64,000 nt of DNA, taken from NCBI GenBank assembly GCA_039934295.1, contig JBDTMN010000003.1:10625-74624 (forward strand), written 5' to 3'. The notes below the pieces were generated by a model that saw only the letters and a program-made list of their open reading frames with translations, ran no database searches and was not told where the DNA came from. This stretch comes from Candidatus Tayloriibacteriota bacterium (GTDB lineage Bacteria; Patescibacteriota; Minisyncoccia; Phycocordibacterales; HO2-43-120). Both the position numbers and the translations under genes were made by a program. Below, piece after piece: positions 19,301-27,224 of this stretch (its first letter is position 1; every line of letters begins with the position of its first letter).

Positions 19301-20817
19301 TGCGTCTCGTCGGTATAAGGATTTACAAATGGAACGGGAATGAGTGGTCCTGAAGTGTTCGTGTTCCATGATTTGCCGGTATTGAGAAAAAATGTGGTAG
19401 GTGTAACAGCGTCTGGGAAACCATCCCCGTTGACATCTCCAAATTTGGTATTGATGCTGGCATAGGACCGACCAGAAGAATATTCAGAAAAAATTGGTCC
19501 ATTATGCCATGCTGGATCCGAGGCCCAGCTTGATGACCCGTTGTTCGTCGTATAGGAAAATGATGTAGCGGGCAGTGTGATAATTGCTCCACCGTCCGCT
19601 TTTCCGCTTTCTATAACTGTCGCGAGAAGAGAGCGATTGTTTTCCGCAGTGGTCGTATATGTCAATGCGTATTTTTTTACCCAATCGGAATTTATCTTCG
19701 CGGTAATCGTTTTGATGCGATACTTGGTTTCGACAACGAATGCAGGCGAGGCAATTTTTGTCGGAAAGGGTTGGGCTTCGCGCTCGAATTCAACCTTAAA
19801 AACGCCGGCAGTTCCGCCGTTTGAAGTGTAGTCGATAGTTCCAGGATAAATCTGCCCGATATCTTTAAAGTAATTATAGGTGACCGTGTTTCCGTTCGTG
19901 TCGGTAACGCTTTCGAGCATCCACTTGAATACATGAGACGCGTCCGACGGGTCGTCTTGACGCGACTGCGCCGTCTGGCCAAAGACATAGGTCGTGCCGT
20001 TTTTGTCTTTTACCGTCCACACATTTCCGCTGTAATCGTAATTGAGAAAATCGGAATCCTCTGACCGAGGCGCCCATGTCGAGCCAGTGACCAAGCTTAG
20101 CTCGCCAGAAAGTGAAGAGGCATAATTATTCGTCGTGTATAAATTTTCTGTTCCGGTTTTATTGAGGCGTTCGATAAAGGGAATTCCTACGTTCCATCCG
20201 AATCCGACGATTGAGTCGTTCTCCTGGCGGGCACTATTGTATGAAAGTGAAATCTCCGGAGTAACATTGTTTCTGCCCGGAGGCAACGAGATGGGGTAGG
20301 TGTAATTGAGACTTCCGTTTGTTTTATCAATTTCAGGAGAGAGTGTTTGTTTATTTTGGTTCGCGGGGTAGGTTATCGGGTTGACATCAGTGGTTTCCAC
20401 GCTCAACTCGGCCTGCGGGTCAGGAGGAGCATCTTTTGCAGGACCCCCATCTTTTTTGGGGTTCTCGTTATCTTGATTTTTCTTGTCGCCTGGTGAAGTT
20501 CCGGGAGGTGGAGTAGGTTGATTTCCCGGCACCCCGTCGGGAGTGCCTGGGAGAACGGGTCCAGGTGTTTCTTCTGGATTACTTGAAGGAGAGGGAGCGG
20601 GGCTAGAATCAGGTGTGGGAAGAGGTGTGGGTGCGACTTCAGGTGCTGGGGTGAAAGTTGGAGAATTGTCGATATATTGAGCAAAAGCCAGTTCTACCTG
20701 CACTAAGGGGCCAAAAACCATTGAAAACACTAAGAACAGTGGAAAACCCTTAAACAACAGGCGTCTAGGGAAACTGGAAACCCTTGGGTATCCATATATT
20801 TTTTTCACAATACTCAC
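13303..20817 (-). CDS. RHS/YD-repeat polymorphic toxin (2504 aa) with C-terminal alpha/beta-hydrolase (GHSHG) toxin domain
   Basis: Order: signal peptide, Pro-rich linker, FG-GAP-like DVNGDGLADI repeats, many YD repeats (YTYDANGN, YDGLGRL), DUF5011-like Ig domain, glycine-rich insert, more YD repeats. RHS core end motif ...DPSGL, then NIVGHSHGG (GxSxG) and a Gly-zipper tail. Confidence 0.85.
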   Translation of the reverse strand: MSIVKKIYGYPRVSSFPRRLLFKGFPLFLVFSMVFGPLVQVELAFAQYIDNSPTFTPAPEVAPTPLPTPDSSPAPSPSSNPEETPGPVLPGTPDGVPGNQPTPPPGTSPGDKKNQDNENPKKDGGPAKDAPPDPQAELSVETTDVNPITYPANQNKQTLSPEIDKTNGSLNYTYPISLPPGRNNVTPEISLSYNSARQENDSIVGFGWNVGIPFIERLNKTGTENLYTTNNYASSLSGELSLVTGSTWAPRSEDSDFLNYDYSGNVWTVKDKNGTTYVFGQTAQSRQDDPSDASHVFKWMLESVTDTNGNTVTYNYFKDIGQIYPGTIDYTSNGGTAGVFKVEFEREAQPFPTKIASPAFVVETKYRIKTITAKINSDWVKKYALTYTTTAENNRSLLATVIESGKADGGAIITLPATSFSYTTNNGSSSWASDPAWHNGPIFSEYSSGRSYASINTKFGDVNGDGFPDAVTPTTFFLNTGKSWNTNTSGPLIPVPFVNPYTDETQKDYGVRLQDVNGDGLADILFGHYRGAAPKTTYSQTFLNVDGTAWTQNTSYDGNTPMFNGGSRYDFGNHQFDDINGDGLLDVVCATSVGTCSGTQYRNNGSGWTITNNFPFSFDYKTSSGEQHETGVRLADLNGDQLADVISGPSTQTNSNLFYMNNGKDWINDPTYSTAPLLASFYPNVFQFGDVNGDGLTDIVCSNTGGNSSDKECENLSQTQSLRMNQLLYINNGYGFTSKDASSLGLPSFVTRDNKSGARINIAYLMDMNGDGLSDIVLGFRADDGTESSEVSINQGIKSQLLKTIIASTGSQSNITYKPSTGYRDDYDNLLNPKLSQIVYTVSSIKTDPGQSNEQSLTNTYANGYYYYNNAFDRKFAGFELVTSSDAAGNVTKTYYHQGNTTNASLGEYDDHISKAGKIYRIEEYDNARHLFRLTVNKWDRNNFGENHDFVKLSRQTVLTYDGNSSHKDTAVEYTYDNANGNLLTKTEWGQVTASADGTFTDTGSDKRVTTYTYSINGATKVNVLSSEKVTDASSARVGESKYYYDTLPLGSVDKGNQTKVEQWKSGDSFVNSQKTYNNLGLVTTSIDPRGKVTSYTYDTYSLYPASVTTPLNLTVQYNYDYSLGKPRQINDENGNTYETVYDGLDRVIEQKIPNFSIPYFPVTKTTYAYSDIPGELRIVQKDYPDSITEVLTFQFFDGLGRLVQESKEAEASGSYNVKDTVYNNVGLVVKQSLPYVGGGSKSSPTGIASLYSTNTYDALGRPLSIVDATGATKYSYDDWKTKVTDKNGKVKNYYKDAYGNLIKVEEINGGSTYATYYEWNLSGKLLKITDALSNIRNFTYDGLGRLLTAQDLHVSGDSTFGTWTNSYDDAGNVLQSVSPNSQTTNYTYDSMSHPLTEDYTGGPGTEITYFFGGCANGKGRLCSAIMTAGANTDYTYDSNGNIASEAKNIAGTTYTTSYTYNRLGNLLTITYPDNAQTKYTYNSAGQLDKIMRKENGGGFTNVVYNFDYNPLGQIATQVDANGATTKNTYDVANLYRLINKKTSVGYVPTANNVPSITLTGSSAINLLIGDTFTEPGYSATDVEDGNLTSSVKVTGSVKTSVAGTYKLNYNVSDSGGMPATEKIRTVTVGTAPAPKFVKVLIIGGGGGGGKGPELQGGGGGAGGYIENNAVGVLLGTYSIMVGAGGVGAVGSYNVGAKGENGNDSSAFDITAIGGGGGAGARNNSYDGGIGNNGGSGGGGFSGRAGVSGAGGTGVVGQGNSGGAGEGNSTYDNRQGGGGGGMGASGGNGTSRKGGVGGVGRESSISGSPVMRGGGGGGAASSPGAGGDGGGGNASNFSGAGDGAPNTGGGGGGGGWHLNNDNGGSGGSGIVIISYPTGSVDAIGGMITTSGGNTIHTFTSLTKDKTFTVLSGVATAGLKSDSAPDVGKSSGGNGSPGIIDLQNFTYTYDPVGNITKIVDASNTQGAKTANYTYDDLYRLTSATISGTPAGQSSYTYSYSYDALGNILTGPGGVYLYQGNSGALKANPHAVTSINNVIYTYDSNGNLIGNGTLTNTWNYKNQITQTVVGANSVKNPSDSYDKNGNAVTKGTVTSSGIDTNKMSLKAVEGGTATNYLYYLYDHEGNRVKYAKGSTATFYPNNFYNVEGTKKTKQIYAGDQLVATVETVGSVVTPFYVHTDHLNSTTVVSDSLGAPVETLDYYPFGAQRISSGSHTEQRQYIGQMYDKDTDLDYLNARYYYSKIGRFLSEDPVFWVGFEKILNDPQSLNSYSYGRNNPILGSDPSGLLTIVIPGTRYNTNEWSTNGSLAGFLSEVQNTFNDTMIVENNKSVWSGGDNDAARQSAADAIAKQINEYHFADGEKLNIVGHSHGGNVANLITGEINHSVDNLVTLGTPVINGYSADRDNVKNQVNAYSVLDPIQKLGGNQLSATGVAGFAGGGAIGGPIGAGIGGVAGSLLGWGQFGYGGRKVNGATNINVTFQALNPFNAHGKYMTKSVWSKVDKKINK

Positions 20818-20912
20818 ACCCTAACAGAGATTCCAAGCAAAATATCATTCGGAGACATATCTCAAGTATTGTCAATTTTTTGAGTAGTCTGCGCGTCGAG
20901 GCACACCTTGCC

Positions 20913-21671
20913 TTACGAAGGAGTGCCTTGATTCGGAACAAAAATGCGTTCAACTGGAGAATACGATTCAGATTTCTTTAGCTTGCGTAATATAAAATAA
21001 ACAACAAGAAGAGAGACGATGAATTCCAATGCTAATCCATATAAATTAAAATAAACAAGCATCAAATTGGAGAACCCATGAAGAAGAGAGGCTAATACTA
21101 GTCCCACGATGATATACTTTTTTGCTCCACCGGATAATTTTGCCCTTGCCAGATACCATCCGCAAATTGAGGCGGCCGAAACGTGAATAAGGGTGCTCGC
21201 GATCGCTCTTACTACTCCCTGAATGAGATAATATATTTCCGGACTGGTCGCAACTGCCTGAAAAAAATAGGAGGTGTTTTCCAAAAATGAAAATCCGAGC
21301 GCGCACATGATTGCATAGATGACACCATCTTTTATCCGGTCAAATTCTTTCCGATGATAAATAACCTCATACACAAGAAAAAGCTTGAGCGATTCTTCAA
21401 TCGGACCGGCCAAAAAGAAGGTGGCGGGCGAACGATTATCCGAGATATTAAAAAAGATTGAAAGTGTACTATCTGCCTTTGGGTCAAACAAAAAAGAGGC
21501 GACCCCATTGACCCACATTGCCAAAAACGCGGCGCCAATTCCCAACCCAAATGTAAGCAAAAGAAGCTTTACCGGTTCGGTGTTATCGCTGTCCACCCTC
21601 TTCACAATCAGACTCCAAAATAAAAGAGGAAAAACGACGCATGCAATATAAACAATAATAATGAGGAACAT
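20913..21671 (-). CDS. PrsW-family intramembrane metalloprotease
   Basis: Multi-TM protein with EESLK, FSFLEN and LLHGFSN motifs (PrsW EExxK / FxxxE / HxxxN). Confidence 0.6.
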   Translation of the reverse strand: MFLIIIVYIACVVFPLLFWSLIVKRVDSDNTEPVKLLLLTFGLGIGAAFLAMWVNGVASFLFDPKADSTLSIFFNISDNRSPATFFLAGPIEESLKLFLVYEVIYHRKEFDRIKDGVIYAIMCALGFSFLENTSYFFQAVATSPEIYYLIQGVVRAIASTLIHVSAASICGWYLARAKLSGGAKKYIIVGLVLASLLHGFSNLMLVYFNLYGLALEFIVSLLVVYFILRKLKKSESYSPVERIFVPNQGTPS

Positions 21672-21701
21672 GCTTATTTTGGTCGCACTATTTTAGTCGC
21701 A

Positions 21702-22022
21702 CTATTTTAAAAGAGTATGCAAAGCATTCACGGCGCTTGCGCTTCCAAGATTCTTTAGCTGTTGTTCATTAAGCCCGTAACTTATATACAAGCCGAATCC
21801 CATGATAACTATAAAAAAGATAATAGACAGTATGATTGCAGTTAAACCGAGCGCTTTCTCCCCTTTCACGTAAGCCAAAATAGCAAACACTAAAGCAGGA
21901 AAAGCTATCAAACCCTGAAAGAGGCTGACAAGAATAAGAACAAGAGAAATAATTCCGAACAGCAGTCCTTTCTTGCTAAAATATGTTGTCGCAGGAGCGC
22001 TATTTGCTAATACCTGTTCCAT
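21702..22022 (-). CDS. Small membrane protein
   Basis: 106 aa, two TM helices. Confidence 0.4.
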   Translation of the reverse strand: MEQVLANSAPATTYFSKKGLLFGIISLVLILVSLFQGLIAFPALVFAILAYVKGEKALGLTAIILSIIFFIVIMGFGLYISYGLNEQQLKNLGSASAVNALHTLLK

Positions 22023-22028
22023 AGTAGT

Positions 22029-22811
22029 TTAATTACTCCAATAATTTTCAGCCAAGCTCATCCTGACCATAGTATCACGAATTTCGTTTTTGTCACTATT
22101 ATTGATAAACTCCAGTGCCTTTCTTCCCGCTTCTTCCATAGTTTCCCCATCAATATTAATCGAATACGTGTCGGAGAGCACTTGTTTTCCTCTTATGTAG
22201 AACTTCTGAAAATCTACTTCGACAGACTTCTTCTCCGGATTTTTTAGTGTATATACGAGAAAATTTTGCGCCAGATTGCTCACATCATCTGCTTTTGTAA
22301 AAGCGTCAATAATCAATCCTCCACTCGATTCTACGCTTCCCTTTACGGCTTCGGCATACCTATCGAGCTCCGGGAGAACCCCTGAAGCATTGATGTATCT
22401 CATAATGGTTATGAGTTCCGTCCATGAATCGGAACTTTCCCCTTTTTGGAGAAATTCGTAAAGCTCTATATTGTCATCTTTAGCGTGATATGATTGGCTG
22501 AAAATTTTACCTTGGAATGTGATGTCCGGTTTTTTAGGAGAAGCGGAGAATGTTCCTGAATTTCCGTCCGTGCCAGATTCAGCTCCTTTTGTGGCGTCTG
22601 GAATAGTATCTTTTTTAAGATTTATACCGATTATCGCAAGAGAGCAGAAGATAATGAGTACGAAGAGATACACAACTCCGATAATTACGGCGGACGAAAT
22701 TCTTACCGGTCCTCTCGGTTTCTTCTGCATGGGAGAAATAGGAGGTTGCGGAGTCGCTAAAGGTGCTGAAGAAGGAGGGGTGCTAACAGGATTTTGAGAA
22801 AGATTATCCAT
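22029..22811 (-). CDS. Membrane-anchored hypothetical protein with Pro-rich N-terminus
   Basis: 260 aa, a single TM after a Pro/Ser-rich N-terminal region. Confidence 0.4.
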   Translation of the reverse strand: MDNLSQNPVSTPPSSAPLATPQPPISPMQKKPRGPVRISSAVIIGVVYLFVLIIFCSLAIIGINLKKDTIPDATKGAESGTDGNSGTFSASPKKPDITFQGKIFSQSYHAKDDNIELYEFLQKGESSDSWTELITIMRYINASGVLPELDRYAEAVKGSVESSGGLIIDAFTKADDVSNLAQNFLVYTLKNPEKKSVEVDFQKFYIRGKQVLSDTYSINIDGETMEEAGRKALEFINNSDKNEIRDTMVRMSLAENYWSN

Positions 22812-22906
22812 TTGTGTTAATCATACTAGAAATCTGTGAATGGCGCTCGCACACCTGTGGATAAAAAGGGCCTTCCAGCTACTCTCCGACACAAAACCAA
22901 CAGGCT

Positions 22907-23281
22907 CTACGCCTTCTTTGCAAACACCGCTTTAATCGAGTCAACAATAGTCTCAAATGTTTCGCCTGATTTTATAATATACCCTCGAATGCCGAGCTCT
23001 AAGCCTTCGCTGATTTTCTTCATAGTGGACATATTTGACGTGATAAGAACAGGGACTTTTCCTTTACCATACTTTAGATTAAACTGTTTTAGAAATTCCA
23101 TTCCATTCATTTTAGGCATCATAATATCGAGAAGTATCAAATCAGGAAGCGCTTCTTCCGCTTTTTTTAAACCCTCTTCGCCATTTTCAGCGGATAGTAC
23201 TGTATATGCATCGGCAGGAAGAGCCTCACCAATATGAGTTGCAAAAAATGGATCATCATCTATCACGAGTATTTTTTTCAT
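22907..23281 (-). CDS. Response regulator receiver-domain protein (CheY-like, stand-alone)
   Basis: ILVIDDD, phospho-acceptor context LILLDIMMP, conserved Lys. Confidence 0.8.
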   Translation of the reverse strand: MKKILVIDDDPFFATHIGEALPADAYTVLSAENGEEGLKKAEEALPDLILLDIMMPKMNGMEFLKQFNLKYGKGKVPVLITSNMSTMKKISEGLELGIRGYIIKSGETFETIVDSIKAVFAKKA

Positions 23282-23299
23282 ATAATTTCTTTCTATTTG

Positions 23300-25060
23300 C
23301 TATTTACCTTGTGGAGACAATGGTAGCACAAAATAAAACGCGCTTCCAGCTCCTACGGATGATATCACACCGATTTTTCCCTTATGTTCCTCGACAATCC
23401 CCTTTGCAATCGCGAGTCCCAGGCCCGTGCCCTTCACAGTAGAAACAAATTCTTTGTTGTTGAGTTGCTTGAATTTATTGAAAAGTTCTCCGATTTGCTC
23501 TTGCGGAATTCCTCCTCCGGTATCTCGAACAATTACTACAAGAGATGGGGATAACGATTTAAAAATTTCATCGGGAAGCGCGGTGGGGAGATGAACTTTT
23601 AGCTTGCTTATCTCGCTTTCAATAGAAAGCGTGGGGTTATGGGTAAACGCTATGATTGATATTTCACCGTCTTCCTTCGTAAATTTCAGGGCGTTCGAAA
23701 TTAGATTGTTCAATACTTCCTTGATCCGCTGGACATCAAATAATACAATTTTCGGAATCCCCTCTCCTGTCATTTTTTCAAGATGAATTTTTTTATCCTG
23801 CGCGGAAAGTTGAAAAAACTTAATCCGATTATCTATCACATCTGCGATATCGGCCGGCTCTGGACTGATTTCAAATTTGCCCGCCTGAAGCTTCGCGATG
23901 TCCAAAATGTCATTCACCAAATCAAGCATTGCCGAAGAATTCTGATATATCATTTTTATATACTCTTTATAGGATTCGGCATTCTTTTTCTTGCCCGGAG
24001 TTTTGAGTATCTCGCTAAATTTTTTGATAACATCGAGGGGAGTTCGAAGTTCATGCACAATCATTGACGTAAAATCTTCTCTCACTCTTTCCAATTCCAT
24101 TTCCCGAGTAACGTCATGGAAAATGACCACCCCGCCCAGAATATCATCACCGCTCAACGTTGAGTTCGTTTTCACTGGGAAAACGAATGCTTGATAAAAT
24201 TTGTCTCGTATCAAGAATTTTTCTGACACATACGATTTTTTTAACTTAACGCTTTCTTCCAGTCTGCCGCGTATATCTACCTTGCCCCCAAGATTGTCTA
24301 TAAAATCAAAAATAGTTATTTCTTTTTTCTCGGGAAGGCCAATAACCCTTTTGGCGGCAGGATTGATGACTAGAATGCGGTAATCAGCGTCGGTCATGAC
24401 CACGCCATCCTCCATGCTTTCTACCATGGCATTCACCTTGGCTTGTTCAGTCTTTACCACTCCCTGAAGTCGCGTTACTGCTTTTGAAGCCTGCTGAATA
24501 ATCTTATACAGAATGGTCATCTCCTCTTCTTTGTAGAGACCGGCTTTGGTATCTGCCACGGTCAAAATTCCCACCACTTTTTCATCAATCACGAGCGGAA
24601 TGTTGAAGAAAGAGCGCACAGGCTCGTCCAATTCTTCAATAATGATTGCGCCGGAAAGAATCTCCTTAACAACATTCTTGTCAAATTCCCTGTCAAGAAG
24701 AGCCGAGAGAGAGCCGAGCATCCTATCTCGGATGTCGGTTACAAAGCGTCGGTGCACGGACTTTTCAAGATGGATTTTGAAGATTACTTTCTCCGGCTCA
24801 AGAAGCATGTAGGAAACAGCGCAATATTCGATAAACTGATGGAGAGAACTCGTAATGATATCGATAATCTGTTGGACATCAAGAGAGTAACCGATCCTGT
24901 CTCCCAATTCTTTCAAGATTGCAAGCTCATACATCCTGCGGTTTATATCCCGCTCACGCTTTTCGAGAACTTCTTTAGCTTTGCTATCTTTAATTAAAAA
25001 ATAGACGGTAGAAGCAATGCCACCGAGAGCCAGAATGATTGATATTACAGTGAGTATCAT
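23300..25060 (-). CDS. Sensor histidine kinase (TM, GAF/PAS-like, HisKA, HATPase_c)
   Basis: H-box HELRTPL, N/G boxes NLISNALKFT and GTGLGLAIAKGIVEEHKG. Confidence 0.85.
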   Translation of the reverse strand: MILTVISIILALGGIASTVYFLIKDSKAKEVLEKRERDINRRMYELAILKELGDRIGYSLDVQQIIDIITSSLHQFIEYCAVSYMLLEPEKVIFKIHLEKSVHRRFVTDIRDRMLGSLSALLDREFDKNVVKEILSGAIIIEELDEPVRSFFNIPLVIDEKVVGILTVADTKAGLYKEEEMTILYKIIQQASKAVTRLQGVVKTEQAKVNAMVESMEDGVVMTDADYRILVINPAAKRVIGLPEKKEITIFDFIDNLGGKVDIRGRLEESVKLKKSYVSEKFLIRDKFYQAFVFPVKTNSTLSGDDILGGVVIFHDVTREMELERVREDFTSMIVHELRTPLDVIKKFSEILKTPGKKKNAESYKEYIKMIYQNSSAMLDLVNDILDIAKLQAGKFEISPEPADIADVIDNRIKFFQLSAQDKKIHLEKMTGEGIPKIVLFDVQRIKEVLNNLISNALKFTKEDGEISIIAFTHNPTLSIESEISKLKVHLPTALPDEIFKSLSPSLVVIVRDTGGGIPQEQIGELFNKFKQLNNKEFVSTVKGTGLGLAIAKGIVEEHKGKIGVISSVGAGSAFYFVLPLSPQGK

Positions 25061-25261
25061 TGGTTAAAAAATACCAAACTAGGACTTGCGCAGTCGGCGC
25101 ATTTCTTCGTTGCCTCCTCCTTGCTCCTGCGGTGTAGCATCTAACTACACCTTAGTCACAAGCCTCTCTTGCGCCTCGAACTGCACTCAACTGCGCAAGT
25201 CCTACAGACGCTATTCGATAGAGAGAGCTGTCCACTGTTCTTATGCCTAGGAAAGACCTGC

Positions 25262-25531
25262 CTACTTATTGATATTGAGATCAGGATACTTGGCAAAAAT
25301 CGAGCCAAGCGCGTTTTTCACAATCTGACCAGAAAGTTCGACATATTGATCCACCAAATTTTGTAATGTCTCTTTTGGATTATCTCCAACTCCCGTAACC
25401 TTGCCATCATTGTCAACCATAAGACCGGAAACACTGCGGGCCTTGAGTATCGCTATTTCAGGACCGAGAATGACAATTTGTTTTTTAATTATCTCGCTAA
25501 TGAGAGCGCTATATTGTTCTTTTTCGTTCAT
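25262..25531 (-). CDS. Hypothetical small protein
   Basis: 89-aa ORF, no recognisable motif. Confidence 0.3.
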   Translation of the reverse strand: MNEKEQYSALISEIIKKQIVILGPEIAILKARSVSGLMVDNDGKVTGVGDNPKETLQNLVDQYVELSGQIVKNALGSIFAKYPDLNINK

Positions 25532-25566
25532 AGGTTTATTTGAGTTAACGTTAAATAAAAATTATC

Positions 25567-26397
25567 TTACATTGCTTTTTTTGAGAAAGATATCAAGCAC
25601 CATGCCGCGTAGCTTAAACCAATTGCGGAAATAACTAGGAAGATTTTCTCAATTCCCTCGCCTGTTGCGCTTGTAACATCTACTACTTTCCAGCTTTCAA
25701 AGAGTAACTCCCAAACATGTTGAAGGCCGAATGCCCAAATAGCAACAATCATCGGATTTGCGATTGCGCGCCCTATCATACCGAGCTTCTTTTTTGCGCT
25801 CAACAGGTATGACCCCACAGCGAACGCGAAGACAAATGCAATAAAATGATGCAGTCCAAAAACCCCAAAAACAGAAGAGTCGTAGGCAACAACGATGGAA
25901 TCAGCCGATTTTGGAATGATGAAGAGAACCGCAAAGACCAGCACCGCGACTACTGCCCATGTTTTCTCAGCGCCTATCTTCACACCCTGATTCGGCGACG
26001 TTTCAACATTTCCAAGACCGACAAGCAACTTGAGACCGTGAAAGTAGAAGATAAAGGCCATATAAAACATCAGGTGCCACCAGATATCCATTGACGCGCT
26101 TCCGATGCCAAAAAATTCTCCTCCTAATTTTTGAAAAATCGTAATAACAAAGAATATTCCCGTTCCAATAAATATGTAAGAAAAAATGGATCCAAGTGTG
26201 GATTTTCCAAATCTTTTGACCGCAAAAAACATAGTGATTGAAGCGACGAGAAAACCGATTGATGAAATATAATATCCGAGAGTGATGAGAGATTCGAGAG
26301 TGCTCGACCCCTCTCCGTCAGCCGCGAACGCAACTATAGGGAAAGTTGCGAGCGCCGAAACTGCCCCGACGATAATTTTATTCAATGATATTTTCAT
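25567..26397 (-). CDS. Integral membrane protein with N-terminal signal peptide
   Basis: 276 aa, about 7 TM segments. Confidence 0.45.
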   Translation of the reverse strand: MKISLNKIIVGAVSALATFPIVAFAADGEGSSTLESLITLGYYISSIGFLVASITMFFAVKRFGKSTLGSIFSYIFIGTGIFFVITIFQKLGGEFFGIGSASMDIWWHLMFYMAFIFYFHGLKLLVGLGNVETSPNQGVKIGAEKTWAVVAVLVFAVLFIIPKSADSIVVAYDSSVFGVFGLHHFIAFVFAFAVGSYLLSAKKKLGMIGRAIANPMIVAIWAFGLQHVWELLFESWKVVDVTSATGEGIEKIFLVISAIGLSYAAWCLISFSKKAM

Positions 26398-26517
26398 ATG
26401 TAAAGTTCAAAAAAACTTAGATTTATCTTCTAGTAATTCCATTTATATTATACCACACCCCTTACTAGCGAAAATCAGCAGATACTAAGGGTTATCCACA
26501 CCCCAAACGAAATGAGT

Positions 26518-27117
26518 TTACAATCTCTTTCCTATGCGTTTTCGGTATACGGAAAAAATAAGAAGTACGTTAACAATCAGAAGACAAATTTGAAAAGCCG
26601 AGTTTTCGATATTCCAAACAGGTATTGAGGGAAGAACTAGGAGAACTGCTACTAGACTTGCGATGTAGGTGAGCCCCGTTTCGGTTTCGGGATTTACCCA
26701 TGCTTTTCGGATTGTTGGGAGCGCCGCCAATCCATCGCCCAGTGCCGCAAGTAAAATTGCTATGCGAGGAGAATCAATTCCTAGCCAGAGGGCAAATGCG
26801 AGAAGCGAGCACACCCCGCACAAAATATCGAAAATTGCTAATTTCCAATAACTTTTCGGATTGAAAAAAGAAGAAACAAAAACTATGAGCGGGATAAAAC
26901 CTGCAAGAAAAATTCGGCTCGTTGCCCAAGGATCCGCATGGGCGGAGAGCGCTGCCACAGTGCCGACAAGCGGGGCAAGCGCCCACATGAACCATGTCAC
27001 CCGATTCGGTTTAGTCTTCCCCCGAATGGTGTCGCGGATGTACGCAGTCGCACCTGCAAGACTCACAAGGACGCTTAGCACTACGAGCCAGTGGACAAAT
27101 GAGATTTCAATTATCAT
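26518..27117 (-). CDS. Integral membrane protein (6 TM)
   Basis: Hydrophobic 199-aa ORF, preceded by conserved leader element L1. Confidence 0.45.
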   Translation of the reverse strand: MIIEISFVHWLVVLSVLVSLAGATAYIRDTIRGKTKPNRVTWFMWALAPLVGTVAALSAHADPWATSRIFLAGFIPLIVFVSSFFNPKSYWKLAIFDILCGVCSLLAFALWLGIDSPRIAILLAALGDGLAALPTIRKAWVNPETETGLTYIASLVAVLLVLPSIPVWNIENSAFQICLLIVNVLLIFSVYRKRIGKRL

Positions 27118-27224
27118 GGTAAAGTAGTGTGAAAGTTTTTAAGCTACTCCCTATTTTCATATGCGCGAACTAGTGGACGAAGCGGGAACTGCTATCCAAA
27201 CCCACAATGATTATATTTATCTAC
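27118..27224 (-). promoter_or_regulatory. Conserved promoter/leader element, copy 1 (TTAGGTAGATAAATATAAT .. GATAGCAGTTCCCGCTTCGTCCACTAGTTCGCGC .. AAATAGG)
   Basis: Shares a ~60-nt core with the regions 28476-28640 and 29774-29943, all directly 5' of minus-strand genes. Confidence 0.45.
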
